The translations under genes and the position numbers were made by a program. From assembly GCF_009914755.1 (NCBI RefSeq), contig NC_060942.1: a stretch of DNA of 64,000 bases; one strand, given 5' to 3'. The notes below the pieces were generated by a model that made no database searches, had not been told where the DNA came from, and saw only the letters and a program-made list of their open reading frames with translations. Numbering within the stretch: the first letter of the stretch is position 1; each line of letters opens with the position of its first letter. Below are positions 34,280-51,509 of this stretch, in pieces. The DNA is from the human T2T-CHM13v2.0 reference genome, Homo sapiens.

Positions 34280-35192
34280 CTTTGTGGTTTTATCTACCTT
34301 TGGTCTTTGATGATGGTGACGTACAGATGGGTTTTTGGTGTGGATGTCCTTTCTGTTTGTTAGTTTTCCTTCTAACAGACAGGACCCTCAGCTGCAGGTC
34401 TGTTGGAGTTTGCTAGAGGTCCACTCCAGACCCTGTTTGCCTGGGTTTCAGTAGCGGTGGCTGCAGAAGCGCAGATGTTGGTGAACCGCAAATGCTGCTG
34501 CCTGATTGTTCCTCTGGAAGTTTGGTCTCAGAGGAGTACCCGGCCGTGTGAGGTGTCAGTCCGCCCCTACTGGGGGTGCCTCCCAGTTAGGCTACTCGGG
34601 GGTCAAGGACCCACTTGAGGAGGCAGTCTGCCCGTTGTCAGATCTCAAGCTGTGTGCTGGGAGAACCACTACTGTCTTCAAAGCTCAGTTGGAAATGCAG
34701 AAATCACCCGTCTTCTGCGTCGCTGATGCTGGGAGCTGTAGACTGGAGCTGTTCCTATTCGGCCATCTTGGCTCCTCCAAGCATGAAATGGATTTCTTGA
34801 AGACAGCGTACTGATGGGTCTTGACTCTATACATTTTGCCATTCTGTGTCTTTTAATTGGGGCATTTAGCTCATTTACATTTAAGGTGAATATTGTTATG
34901 TGTGAATTTGATCCTGTCATCATGATGCTAGCTGGTTATTTGTTAGACTTGTTTATGTGGTTGCTTTATAGTGTCACTCGTCTGTGTACTTCAGTGTGTT
35001 TTGTAGTGGCTGGCAGCGGAAAGGAAAGTTTTTCCTTTCCATATTTAGTGCTTCTTTTGGGAGCTCTTTCAAGACAATGATGAATACCCTCAGCATTTGC
35101 TTGTTTGAAAAGAATCTTATTTCTCCTTTGCTTATTAAGCTTAGTTTGGCTGGATATGAAATTCTGGGTTGGAAATTCTTTAAGAATGTTGA

Positions 35193-35529
<337 letters not shown>

Positions 35530-36335
35530 CTAGTAGGGTTTCCACTGAGAGGTCTGCTGTTAGTCTGATGTGTTTCCCTTTGTAGGTGGCCTGGCCTTTC
35601 TCTCTGGCTGCCCTTAACATTTTTTCTTTCATTTTGATCTTGGAGAATCTGATGATTATGTTTCTTGGGATTGATCATCTTACTGGGGTTCTCTGGATTT
35701 CCTGAATTTGAATGTTGGCCCTTCTTGCTAGGTTGGAGAAGTTCTCCTGGATGATATCCTGAAGTATGTTTTCTAATTTGATTCCATTCTTCTCCTGTCT
35801 TTCAGGCACCCCAATCAGTCATAGGTTTGGTCTTTTTACATAGTCCCATATTTCTCGAGGTTTTGATCATTCCTTTTCATTCTTTTTTCTCTATTCTTGT
35901 TTGCCTATCTTATTTCAGAAAGACAGTTTTCAAGCCCTGAGATTCTTTTCTCTGCTTGGTCTATTCTGCTATTGATACTTGTGGTTGCATTGTGAATTTC
36001 TCATCTTGTGTTTCTCAGCTCCATCAGGTCAGTTATGCTCCTCTCTAAACTGGCTATACTGCTTAGAAGCTCCTCCATTTTATCATGATTCTTAGCTTCT
36101 TTGCATTGGGTTGCAACATGCTCCTTTAGCTCAGCCAAGTTCATTATCACCCACCTTCTGAAGCCTACTTCTATCAGTTCAGCCATCTCAGCCTCAGCCC
36201 AGTTCTGTCCCCTTGCTGAAGAGGTGTTGTGGTCATTTAGAGAAGAGGCACTCTGGCTTTTTGAGTTTTCAGCGTTTTTTGCATTATTTCTCATCTTTGT
36301 GGGCTTATCTACCTTTGATTTTTGAGGTTGCTGAT

Positions 36336-36823
<488 letters not shown>

Positions 36824-37310
36824 AGTTGCTGACCTTTAAATGGGGTTTTTGTGGTGTCTTTTTTGTTGATACTCTTGTTGTTGTTTTCTGTTTTTCTTTT
36901 AACAGTCAGTGCACTTTTCCATAGGGCTGCTGTAGTTTGCTGGGGGATTGCTGCAGACCCTAGTTGTCTTGGTCTTTCCTTTACCTGTAGGTATATCACT
37001 AGTGAAGGCTGTGAAACAGCTAAGATGGCAGCCTGCTCCTTCCCTTGGGAGCTCCATCCCGGTGGGGTGGTGGGGGGTGGGGTAGGGGGGGCAGTACTGA
37101 CCTGTTGCCAGCCTGGATGCTGCTGTAGAAGGTGTCTGGAGATCCCCGTTAGGAGGTCTCACCCAATCAGGAGGGACAGGATCAGGGACCTGCTTAAAGA
37201 TGCAGTCTGGTTGCTTTTTGGTAGATCAGGTGTGCTGAATTGGGGGTAACCGTTCCTTGCCCAGACTGCCTGGACTCTCCAGAGCCAGCCCGCTTAGAAA
37301 GGCTGAGTCA

Positions 37311-37354
37311 TTCGTGTACCCTAAAACTTAAAGTATAAAAAAATAATAATAAGA
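37311..37354 (+). mobile_element. Extremely 5'-truncated L1PA insertion (44 bp)
   Basis: TGTACCCTAAAACTTAAAGTATAA plus A-rich tail; TSD AGAAAGGCT(G/T)AGTCA at 37296-37310 and 37355-37369. Confidence 0.85.
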
Positions 37355-38384
37355 AGAAAGGCTTAGTCAACTGAACCGCAGAGACATTGGGCACTCCTCC
37401 CCCTAGGGGCTTGTCCCAGGGAGAGATCAGAGTACTGTTCATATAACCTTGGCTGGAGTTGCTGAAATTCCCTCAGGGAGGCCCCACCCAGTGAGGAGGG
37501 ATGGATTGGGGTCCCACTTAAAAGAGCAGTCTGGCCACGATCTGGCACAGCAGCTGTGCTGCCCTGTGAGGGACTCCTCCTCATCAGGACCACCTGGATT
37601 CTTGGGAGCAGGCTAGAACAGCTGGGTCAACTGAACTGCAGAAATGGCAGCCGCCCCTCCCCCTGAAAACTCATCCATTTTAGGCAGTCTCTAGCCTGTT
37701 GCACTGGCTGGCTAGAATTCAAAGCCAGTGGGTTGAGGTGCCATGGAAGTGAGGCCCGCAGAATGACACTGCTTGGTTCCCAGGATTCAGCCCTCTTCCT
37801 AGGGGAGGATACGGATGGATTTCTCACCTTGTTGGGATTCCCAAGGGTGGAGTCTGTAAAACTCCTGGGTTTACGTGTGAGCCTGAGCAACTGCTCTGCC
37901 AAGACTCCGCACAGCTCTGTATGTTGGACCTAAGTAAGGCCCTGGTGGCCTGGGTTCATGAGGGGATCTCCTGATCCATGGTTGCAAAGATCCGTAGGAG
38001 AAGTGTGGTTTCCTGAGTGGGGTTACACAATCACTCACTGCTTCCCTTGGCTGGGGGTGGGGGTTCCTTTGGCTCCCCAGTGCTCCTGGGTGGGCCATTG
38101 CCACACCCTGCTTTTTTTGTTGTCTGTGGGTCATGCCATCCTCCTAATCAGTCCCAGTGTGAGAACCTGGACATTTCAGTTGAAGGTGCTGAATTCGCTT
38201 GCTGTTGTCATTCTTCTCTATGAGAGCCATCTTGTTTCTAATCGGCTATCTTGGCCCCTCCTGCCCCCTTCTTGTCTTACAGGTGGAAACTGAGGAATAA
38301 TCCCAGTCTTTGTGAAACTGCTATGAAGAATATTCAAGTCAAACTTAAGTTGGAAGATAGTGACTAGAGCAAACAGACCAAAGC

Positions 38385-38582
38385 ATTTATTTATTTATTT
38401 ATTTATTTAATTTGTTCATTCCTGAGACAGAGTCTTGCTTTGTTGCCCGGGCTGGAGTGCAGTGGTGTGATCTCGACTCACTGCAACCTCCACCACCCAG
38501 ATTCAAGCAACTCTCCTGCCTAAGCCTCCAGAGTAGCTGGGAATACAGGCGTGCGTCACCACTCCTGCCTAATTTTTTGTAT
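38385..38582 (-). mobile_element. 5'-truncated Alu (right arm)
   Basis: TSD GACCAAAGCATTT. Confidence 0.9.
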
Positions 38583-38945
38583 GACCAAAGCATTTAAAGC
38601 ATTGATTCTGAGGGCCTGGAACTCACTAAATGCTGCCAGACTCTAAAGTGATCTCAAAATAGACTTTCTGTAGTTGGAATACTTCTGTAGATATTCACTT
38701 GTATTATACATGTGCAGTCTCCATGTTTGTAGCATTCAGATATGCAAATTCTATTATTTCTGTTCCCCATAGTCCTCTAGGCCACATTGGCAACTAGAGG
38801 TGTTTTTTTCTCTCAGCCCTATCTTCTAAATAGTCTGAGTTGTCTTTCTCTGTTATTGGATTTTCTCCCTGATTCTCCCTCCTTTTGTCAGTGTTCAGTA
38901 GTTTTTCGTCCACAGAAATGGTCCCAAGGCTTCTTTCCTTCTTGA

Positions 38946-39283
<338 letters not shown>

Positions 39284-39734
39284 CAAAACCTCTTTTTGAC
39301 AAAGTTCAGCCTCATCCTATAGGTGATTTTGTACTCTCTGCTAAGATAAAATTTTCTCCAAATTGTTAGCCTTAGGATAAAGGACAATTTATGAACCAAA
39401 AAAAACTCTTTGTTTCCTGAACAGTCAATTTAGTTATTGTACTAAGAAGTCTGTCAGACAAGACTTGTTGTATTGCAGTCACCTCAGCTTTCAAGAAGGA
39501 TGTTTGTCTGTGTATCATTGCTGTTGTCTTGAGTTGTGTTTTTTGATTCTGCTGGTCTTGTTACTATAACTTAGCGTTAGTTTAGTGACATTGCTAAGAT
39601 AATGACATTGATTATCTGTGAGGAGTCACAGATAGGTGAACATTTTTGTTTGCCTAATATCTTTGAATGATAGAAAATTTTAGTTTTGGTTATAATTTTG
39701 AATGAGTTGGAAAACAGACAAAACACTGTTCTAT

Positions 39735-40047
39735 TTTTTTTTTGAGACTGGGTCTGGCTCTGTCACTCAGGTTGGAGTAGCTCTGTTGCCCAGGCCAGAG
39801 TGCAGTGTGCGACCTCACCTTACTGCAACCTCTGCTTCCCAGGCTCAAGGAGTCTTCCCACCTCAGCCTCCCCAGTAGCTGGGACTACAGGCACATACCA
39901 CCATGGCCAGCTAATTTTTTAATTTTTTGTAGAGGCGGGGTTTCACCATGTTGCCCAGACTGCTCTTAAACTCCTGAGCTCAAGCAGTCTGTCTGCCTCA
40001 GCCTCCCAAAGTGCTGGGATTACCAGTGTGAACCTCTGTGCCCAGCC
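39735..40047 (-). mobile_element. AluJ
   Basis: Full dimer with a small internal duplication near the tail. Confidence 0.9.
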
Positions 40048-40876
40048 CAAACTCGGTTCTTAAGGTGCTTATACTTAAAAAAAAAGAAAGAAAAAAGGCA
40101 TCTGTACATCTTCTTTACCCAAATGATGTTTAGTTTACACTAGAGTTTTTGATGTACGTATCTTGGTACCTCAGAATAGCAACTAGAATGTTTTGCCTTC
40201 ATTATAAATAAAATTATTTAGAAATAGCAGTGGTGTTAAACAATATATTTTTAGTATCCCTTGAGTGATCCCAAGTAGTTATGCCATTTAAAAAAAAAGA
40301 CACCAAGAGAATACTGGGTTATTTTGTTTTAGAAGAAGATATATTTTACTGCTGTAAATTAGAGTGGAAAACTGTCTTATAGCATACATTTAGAGAATGT
40401 TAATCCTGGAAGTCAGTTGCTGTTCGATACATAGACTGTTTGGTCTGTAAGGAGCAAGAACATACTAATTTTAAGGGAAGAAACATCTTCGAAGGCAGAA
40501 TAGAATCTATAAACTGCATCATTTAGCCATTGGATAACAAAGTCTACAGTAGAGCTTGCAGCTGGTTGGCTTAAACAGGAAAGTAGCCCTGAACAAGTAT
40601 TAATATACTCTGTGCAGCCCTTAGGGCATGGAAATTGAAGTGCAAGCAGTGTAATAGCCACCAAGATTGTTACACGGAGAATGGAGGAATGTGAAGGACT
40701 CTTCTTAGCCGTATGAAGATAACACCAAGTATTCTCATTCAGCAAGTGGCCGTACCGCTATGCATCATTGCCCGTCCCCTCTCTCCCTCCAGCCACATAT
40801 GAGAGTTCCAGTTTCTCACCAACATTTAGTCTTCTTAGTCTTTAATTTTAACCATTCTGGTGGGTGACATCTCATT

Positions 40877-41281
40877 TTTTTATTTTAAAATTTTAATCGT
40901 TTAATTGACCCATAATATTTGTACATATTTAGGGGATACATCTGATGTTTTGTTCTGTGCATAGAACATGTAATGATCGAGTCAGATTATTTAGGATATT
41001 CATCACTGAGTATTTGTCAATTCTGCTTTGGGAACATTTCAGAATGTTCCCAAATAGCTGTCTACTAGCTATTTTGAAATATATGACCTATTGTTGTTAA
41101 TTATAGTCACCCTACTGTGCTGTCAAACATTAGAACTTATTTCTTCTATTTATGTTTCTACCCTTTAATCAACCTCCCTTCATCCCCCACCCTCCACACG
41201 TACCCTTCCTAGCCTCTGGTATCTGTCATTCTCTCTACCTTCGTGAGATCAACTTTTTTTAGCTCTCACATATGAGTGAGA
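40877..41281 (-). mobile_element. L1MA-type 3' end nested in an older L1M
   Basis: L1MA 3'UTR motifs; TSD ACATCTCATT at 40867-40876 and 41282-41291. Confidence 0.75.
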
Positions 41282-44100
<2,819 letters not shown>

Positions 44101-45862
44101 ATCTTGCACCCAGAAGCTAACTCAGTATTAAATGCTTAATATTAGTTGATTGAAGGAATATTTTTGGAATCCAATTGTGATTTTTATTGTTACTGCTGGC
44201 ATTTTTCTAAATAGTTATTGAAAAATGGTGTAAGCTTTTCCTTACATAGAATCTATTTAATATAATATTGCCCTGTAGAATTTTCTCAAAAAATATTTGA
44301 CACTCCTTTAGTTCACTAACAACTTGCTTTGCTTCATCTACAAAGGAGACATTGTTTTATCTTCATAGTCTCACTTAGGCTGATGTTTATATGTATTGTA
44401 TAGCTCAGTTTTGCTTTTGAGCCAGTCTTTTTGTTTTTATGTGGCTCATAACTTTAACTCCATAAGCTTTACCAGTGGCTAGCTTTGAGGACAGTGCTAT
44501 GTTTAAATTATTGTTTATACGTTAATGAAATGGTTGAATGGCCCCAAGGTAAGTTCTGCTTCTTGAGTGTAATGTCAAAAAAGTTTCTTAATTTCTTCAA
44601 ATTTGTTTCCTCCTCTATAAAATGAAAGATTTGAACCATTTTTCTTTGGTAGTTTTTTGTGTTGTAATGTATTCTGATTTAATTATTTCCAGATTAATAT
44701 GGTTTTGATAATTTACAAATTAGCTCAGTTTATTTAAGGGATTTTTGGTTTCGTTTCTATCAAAACAAAAGAAATTTTAAAGCACCAACGGGACAGCAGA
44801 TTTTACTAATACTCTGTTCAAGGTGTCTGAGTTTTAATAATTTACATAGATACTAGAATGACAGCTAACTTAGATCTATGATATCCATCTGTAGGAGATT
44901 TATAGCATGAAAGAGTTCAAAGTAATCTTGTCGGTCATTCTGCTTCTTGTTGTAGCCCAAGTAATACTCCCCTTGGCCAGCAGCCTCAATCTAGCCCAGT
45001 GCTGTGCATTAGACCTTTCTGTTATTACTTAAATGTGTATCTGTGCTGTATAGTACAGTGGCTAGTTTAATTTCATTTTAATTAATTTTAAATTGCCACA
45101 TGTAGGTAATAGATTATCTGACAGCAACATAGGTGTAGCCTCATAGGTTCCTCTTTAACATGTAAAACCCCTTGGAATTTTTTCTGGATCGTTCAGGCAT
45201 AAACTTGTCATAATCATAAGCTCTTAGGAGAATGTTTGACCTATTATGCTTGTAGAATAGGAAAGAGAAGGCTGAACAAATTGGAAATAAAATAATGTAT
45301 ACAGTGGTGATTACAGTACAATAGAAGTATATCAGTGAGTAGTTTGATAAAGTGACTAAATGGCTGAGGATGTTCAGTAAAGAAAATAAACTACTCTAGG
45401 GATTTTAAATGGGAAGGATTTAATGTAGGGAATTAGGTGTTGTAAAATTACTGATCAAACCTAACAGGTTCTTGGTTGGGTCTTCAGAAATGACTTCCAA
45501 ACCAACACAAAACTACAAGGGCATCGATTAGGAGCTCCCATTATGGATTCCTACTGAAAAGAGAAACGTTTTGTCACTGCTTCCACTTTCACTGCTTCTG
45601 GATACCCAAAACTGGAGATGTTACTTGTCTCGAGAATACAGGAAGAAATTTATAAAAGTAATTCTCTTTTCTTTTAGAGAACCAGAAGCTAAAATAAGGT
45701 GAAAACTTACTTTAGCTTAGGATAGCCTCTTTGAGAAAATAAGGTATCTTATGAAAACAGAGAGAAAACAAATTGGACTAATTGTGGTGCGTAAACTTCA
45801 GGTAGGTTCTATTGTATATATATTCAAATAACCCTTATATATCTATTCTTTACAGATCCAGG

Positions 45863-46026
<164 letters not shown>

Positions 46027-47864
46027 TGAACTGGGAAAAAGACTCCCAATTAAGTATTTTTAGTGATTTCTCGTAAGATAAAAACCAATATGGATGCCAG
46101 ATAAATCCAAACCATTTATGCCCTTTAGAAATAAATTGGATTCCTGGGGAAGTGATTGTTTATCATTCCTTAAGGTGAACACACAACTACTAAGTAAAAC
46201 ACAATTACTAAGATTGTGCAATTAAGAAATATTGAGAGAGGGAAAAATTTTTATTATTAGTCATTGTCAATGACCTGTAATTCTGTCTTTTTATATCTAT
46301 CCTTTTTCATTCCTACTTAATTTAGACCCTCAGAACCTTCGTTTGGACTCCTGCAATTGTCTCCTAACTGGTCTTGCTATCCCTAGTCTCTCCTTATCTC
46401 TGGTTTTATACATTGTCTTTGAATTTTTTTTCTGTTTACTTTTTAAAGTCTTTTTAAAAGCCATTTTCTTATGGAAAGATGTCTGAGGTGTTTCCAGACA
46501 TTTTTAACTAACGGAGTTGCGCAACCATCATCACAATAAGGTTTTAGAACATTGCCATCATTGTGGAAAGGTCTTTGTTGCCCATTTGTAGTCAGTCTCC
46601 ACTGCAACCCTAAACCCTCCAGGCAACCCCATATCTGCTTTCAAAATCAGGAAGTGTAAGTTTTCAAACTGTATTCTTTTCAGAATCGTTTTGAGTCCTT
46701 CATGATTTCATATAAATTTTAGGATCAGCTTGTCAGTTTCTACAAAAGTACCTGCTAGGATTTTGAGGGAATTTTATTGAATTTTTTCATTGAATGTGTA
46801 GATCACTTTGAGTTGTATTGCCATCTTAATATTGTCTTCCAATCCATGAACATGGAATAGCTCTTCATTTACTTAGATCTTCAATTTGTCTCAGTAGTGC
46901 TTTGTAGTTTTCAGTGTAAAAGTGTTGCATTCTATTGTTAAATTATTTGTAAGTATCTTATTCTCTCAGTGCTACTATGGATAATTTTATTTTGGGCTCT
47001 TTATTGCTAGTACAGAAATATAATTGATTTTTGATGTAGTTATCTTTGTATCCTGTGATCTTACTCAATTATTAGTTCTAACAATTTGTAATTCCTTAGG
47101 ACTTTCTACATATGGAATCATATTATCTGTGAATAAAGATAATTTTACTTCTTTTCCAGTCCGGATATTTCTTTTTTTGTTTGATTACCTTTACTTCTCG
47201 CCCCCCTTTTTTCCCCGGTTACACTGGCAAACTCTTCTTGATTACAGTACTTAGTCCACTTACATTTAATGTAATTATTGCTATGACTTATATCTGATGA
47301 TAATTTATATGTGCAGTTTTGCTCTTTATTGTATATTTCATGTCTTTTTTGTTACCTCTTTTATGTTGCCATTTTTGGTTTTAAATATTTTTCAGTGTAC
47401 AATTTTAATTTCTCTAATTTTTTTAAACTGTTTTTTGATGTATTATCTTAGATGTTGATCCTGGAGATTGTAATACACATCCTAATTGATCACAGTCTAC
47501 TTACAGGTTGATATTGACACAATTCCAGTAAAATATAGCAGCTTTGCTTCAATATAGCTCCATTTTCTTCCTTTGTGTTATTTATATAACATCGATTACA
47601 TCTAGATATGTGATTAACCCAACAAAAGAATGTTATAATTGTTTGATACAAAATGTTATCTTTTAAAGAAATAAGAGAAATCAATGTTTATGTAGTTTCA
47701 GATTTCCCTACAAATTTACTGATTTTGGTGTTCTTAATTTCTTCCTATGGATTTAAGTTACTATCTGGTGTAAGAATTTTCCTTAGTACTTACTATAAGG
47801 CAAGTCTTCAGCCATGGTTTCTGTCAGTCTTTTTTTGATCTAGGTAGGAATATCTTGATATGGC

Positions 47865-48145
47865 CATTTTTTTTTCCTTTTTGAGACAGAATTTTGCTCT
47901 CTTACCCAGGCTGGAGAGTGCAGTGGTGTGATCTCAGCTCACTGCAGCCTTGACCTCCCAGGCTCAAGCAATCCTTCCACCTCAGCCTCCTGAGTAGCTG
48001 AGACCGCAGGTGCACACCACTATGCCCAGAGATAGGGTTTCATCATGTCGCCCAGTCTAGTCTGAAACTCCTGGCCTCAAGTGAGCCACCTGCCTCAGCC
48101 TCCCAAAGTGCTGGGATTACAAGTGTGAGCCACCACACCCTGGCC
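47865..48145 (-). mobile_element. AluJ with internal deletion
   Basis: Alu consensus lacking the central A-rich linker. Confidence 0.88.
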
Positions 48146-48399
48146 GATGTTGCCATTTTTAATAAGTAGCTTTATTGAGATATAATTCGCATGCCATACA
48201 TTTAAAGTATACAATTCAGTTGTTTTTATATTTACAGAGTTGTATGGTCACAACCACAATCAATTTTAGAAGTTTCACCCCAATATATACTCTTGAGAGA
48301 ATGAGAAAGATAAAAATAACATCTTAAATGTTATTATGAAGATACTGACGTTGCAGATCTCCTCAGTTGATCTCACGGACTATAATTTGAGAACTGCTA

Positions 48400-49400
48400 T
48401 ACCAGTGTAATAAGCTCATTAATGAAACTACTGAGTGATGGGAGGAAAAAAGGAGAGAATGCTACTTAACAGGTTCAGCGATAGCCTAATAGTAGAATTA
48501 GGTACTTAATCTGGGTTCTCAAGGATGAATCCGTATTTGACCAGAAGGAAAGTGAAAGTAAAGGGTAGTATAAGCGAAAGAAACAGCAAATGAAAAACAA
48601 ACTTGAGTTGGGATGTAGCCTATGAAGGATGGAGGATAGGAGGTGAGTCTAGCACTAGACAAGGAGCAGTTCATTATAGCCTTGTGTGCCTTGCAAAGGA
48701 TCTTGGAACTTATTCTGTAGTCAGTGAGTCAGGAGGGAAGGGTCATAGAAAGAACCAGTCAGAATGCTATTTGATAAAATATAAGTAGGAGGCAGTGTGG
48801 GCAGTGGCTTTTGGGATGAAGAGAAGTTGGCAGATCGAAAAGCTGTTGAATGAATTAAACTTGTGTGTGAAGAAAAAATAGTCTGGGTCCATTCTGAGGT
48901 TTGTTTCCATTACTAGGTTAATGATTGGGCCATTTCCTGAAAGGAAATTCAAGAGAAAGAACAGGTTGTTTTGAATAAGTTTGCTTTGTACTTGCTGAAC
49001 TGAGTTGGCCCTGGGAACATTCAAGTAGAAATGTTTAGTAGGCAGTTGCATATGAGTGTAAGAACTCAAAACAAGTCTGGATTGGAAATAAATATATGAG
49101 GATATGTAGAAAGTATGGAGAAGAGTGTACAAAGAGTGTATAAAGTGGCACAAGAATGGAGGAGGATAGACCCTGAGGAATTCAAATATTTTAGGAGGAG
49201 TAAAGAGACAAGGAAAGAGGAGGACAGAGAGAGAACCAAGGGAGGTTCCACAGAGAATGGCTAAAGGGAAGAGAGAGTCTGCACTGCCAAATGCAACAGA
49301 GGTTAAGAGGAAAGATGAGGCCATTGAAACATTTTAAATGACCTTGATGAAAGTAGTTTGCGTGGAGATGTGGGGACAGAATGCAATGTTAGATTTGAAG
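48400..49400. mobile_element. L2 remnant
   Basis: Purine-rich L2-type motifs (GACCTTGATGAAAGTAGTTT...GTGGGGACAGAA). Confidence 0.6.
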
Positions 49401-49614
49401 AAAGCATTATAACTTTTATTTCTGCATGTTTAAGTATAGTGAAGATTATATTTGTGGAAATTCATCTGGGCTGCTTGATGCCACTTTTTGGATTTGAATT
49501 TATGAGGCTAAACTGAATGAAGCTTTAATTGTTCCTATGTACTTTTCATGTATCTTTTGAAAGTTGTCACGAAATAAGTAGTGCCTGAATATTGCCCTCC
49601 TAAAAGTGTGATTT

Positions 49615-49679
49615 TTTTTTTTTTTTTTTTTTGAGACGGAGTCTCGCTCTGTCGCCCAGGCTGGAGTGCAGTGGCGCGA
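49615..49679 (-). mobile_element. Severely 5'-truncated young AluY (~47 nt + tail)
   Basis: Consensus-like with CpGs intact; TSD AAAAGTGTGATTT at 49602-49614 and 49680-49692. Confidence 0.9.
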
Positions 49680-50163
49680 AAAAGTGTGATTTCTTAAAAG
49701 TGTAGCAACAATAGCAAAAACCAAATACTTCACTAACATATTTCTGTTTAAAACATTCCCTAGGTAAGTTAAGAATACTTGTTAATCATTGGATTTATAA
49801 AATAAATGGCAAGAATGAATACAAACTATTACATTCCTCTAGTTAACAAATTTTTGGCTTACATAAAGGGATGTATTTATTCTCAGTCTCTGTTTAACTG
49901 TATGTTTTTCAAGATCAGTAGTTTGGGTAAGGATCAGAAGCTCATCTAAGGCAACATGCGCTGTACTTAAATTGCCATGCTTTGGGATTTCAGAGCAGTT
50001 TGATGTCAAAAGCTGTTGTTAGAAGTATTTTCCTCAGTCTTTCAGTGAATATTTAACCCCTTATTTTACCTTGAGAGGAAGGGCTGTAGTTTTTATTCCA
50101 AAGATGCTAGGTATAGACCATGTTGCTGCTCCTTTTTAAGACAAAGTGAAGAAGTTGGGGTAG

Positions 50164-50534
<371 letters not shown>

Positions 50535-50617
50535 GATTGTCTTTTCATAGTGAGTGGCATTGAAGTCAACTTCTGGGTTCTGCTAAGTTGTTTTTCCCCA
50601 TAACATTTTTAGAAATG

Positions 50618-50880
50618 AGGCTGGGCATGGTGGCTCATGCCTATAATGTGTGCTTTGGGGAGACCAAGGCAGGAGAATTGCTTGAGGCCAGGAGTTCAAG
50701 ACCAGCCTGGGCAAGACCCCCGTCTCTACCAAAAAAAAAAAATTAGCTGGATGTGTTGATACACAGCTGTATTCCTAGCTACTGGGGAGGCTGAAGTAGA
50801 AGGATTGCTTTAAGCTACAGTGAGCTATGCTTGTGCCACTGCGTTCCAGCCTGGCAAGAGAGCAGGACCCTGCTGTCTCT
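50618..50880 (+). mobile_element. AluJ
   Basis: Diverged dimer. Confidence 0.85.
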
Positions 50881-51509
50881 ATTCATTTTTAATTTTTTTT
50901 TAACAGTTCTCTTACGTAAGTAGAGACCCCATTTACAGTTTAATATGACAGAATATTGCTGTTATGAGGTCCTAAATTAATAAAATAACCTAAACCAAAA
51001 TTTCACTCCTTAAATTCATTTAAGTAGAGCATAACTTAAGTAATTGTATTTTATAGCAATTTAATTTTTATGTAAAGTCCTCTCATTAAATATTAAAATA
51101 GTTAGGATTTTGACAAGAATGTTCACACCTTTCACTGCTCATCTGTGGTCTTTTCCCCCCATTGATTCTAGTTTAGTTTAGAAATGTCTCCACTACTCTT
51201 TTAGCTATAAATCAGTATTTAAAATTTGCAAAGCAGAATCTTTTATAAACTCTGTTAAGATAGTCTAAAACCTGGTTAAATTCATAAAATGTGAGAGAGG
51301 GGATATTAATTATTTTAACCATCTGAATAGTTCTGTTATATCCTTTTCGTCATCAGTGTAGTTCAGACATTCATTATTTCCTCTCCAAGTGACTATTGAG
51401 AATTTTTTCTTTTATTATCCAAGTATTATAATACATGTTTGTTGTAAAAAATTAGAAAATACATATAAGAATAATGAAAATAGAAATTACCTATTACCTT
51501 GTCAACAAC

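Noticed and set aside
34678-34923. Chimeric 81-aa ORF beginning MMTGSNSHITI
   Set aside because: Host L1 ORF2 start running by chance across the insertion junction into the younger L1 5'UTR; no sign of function.
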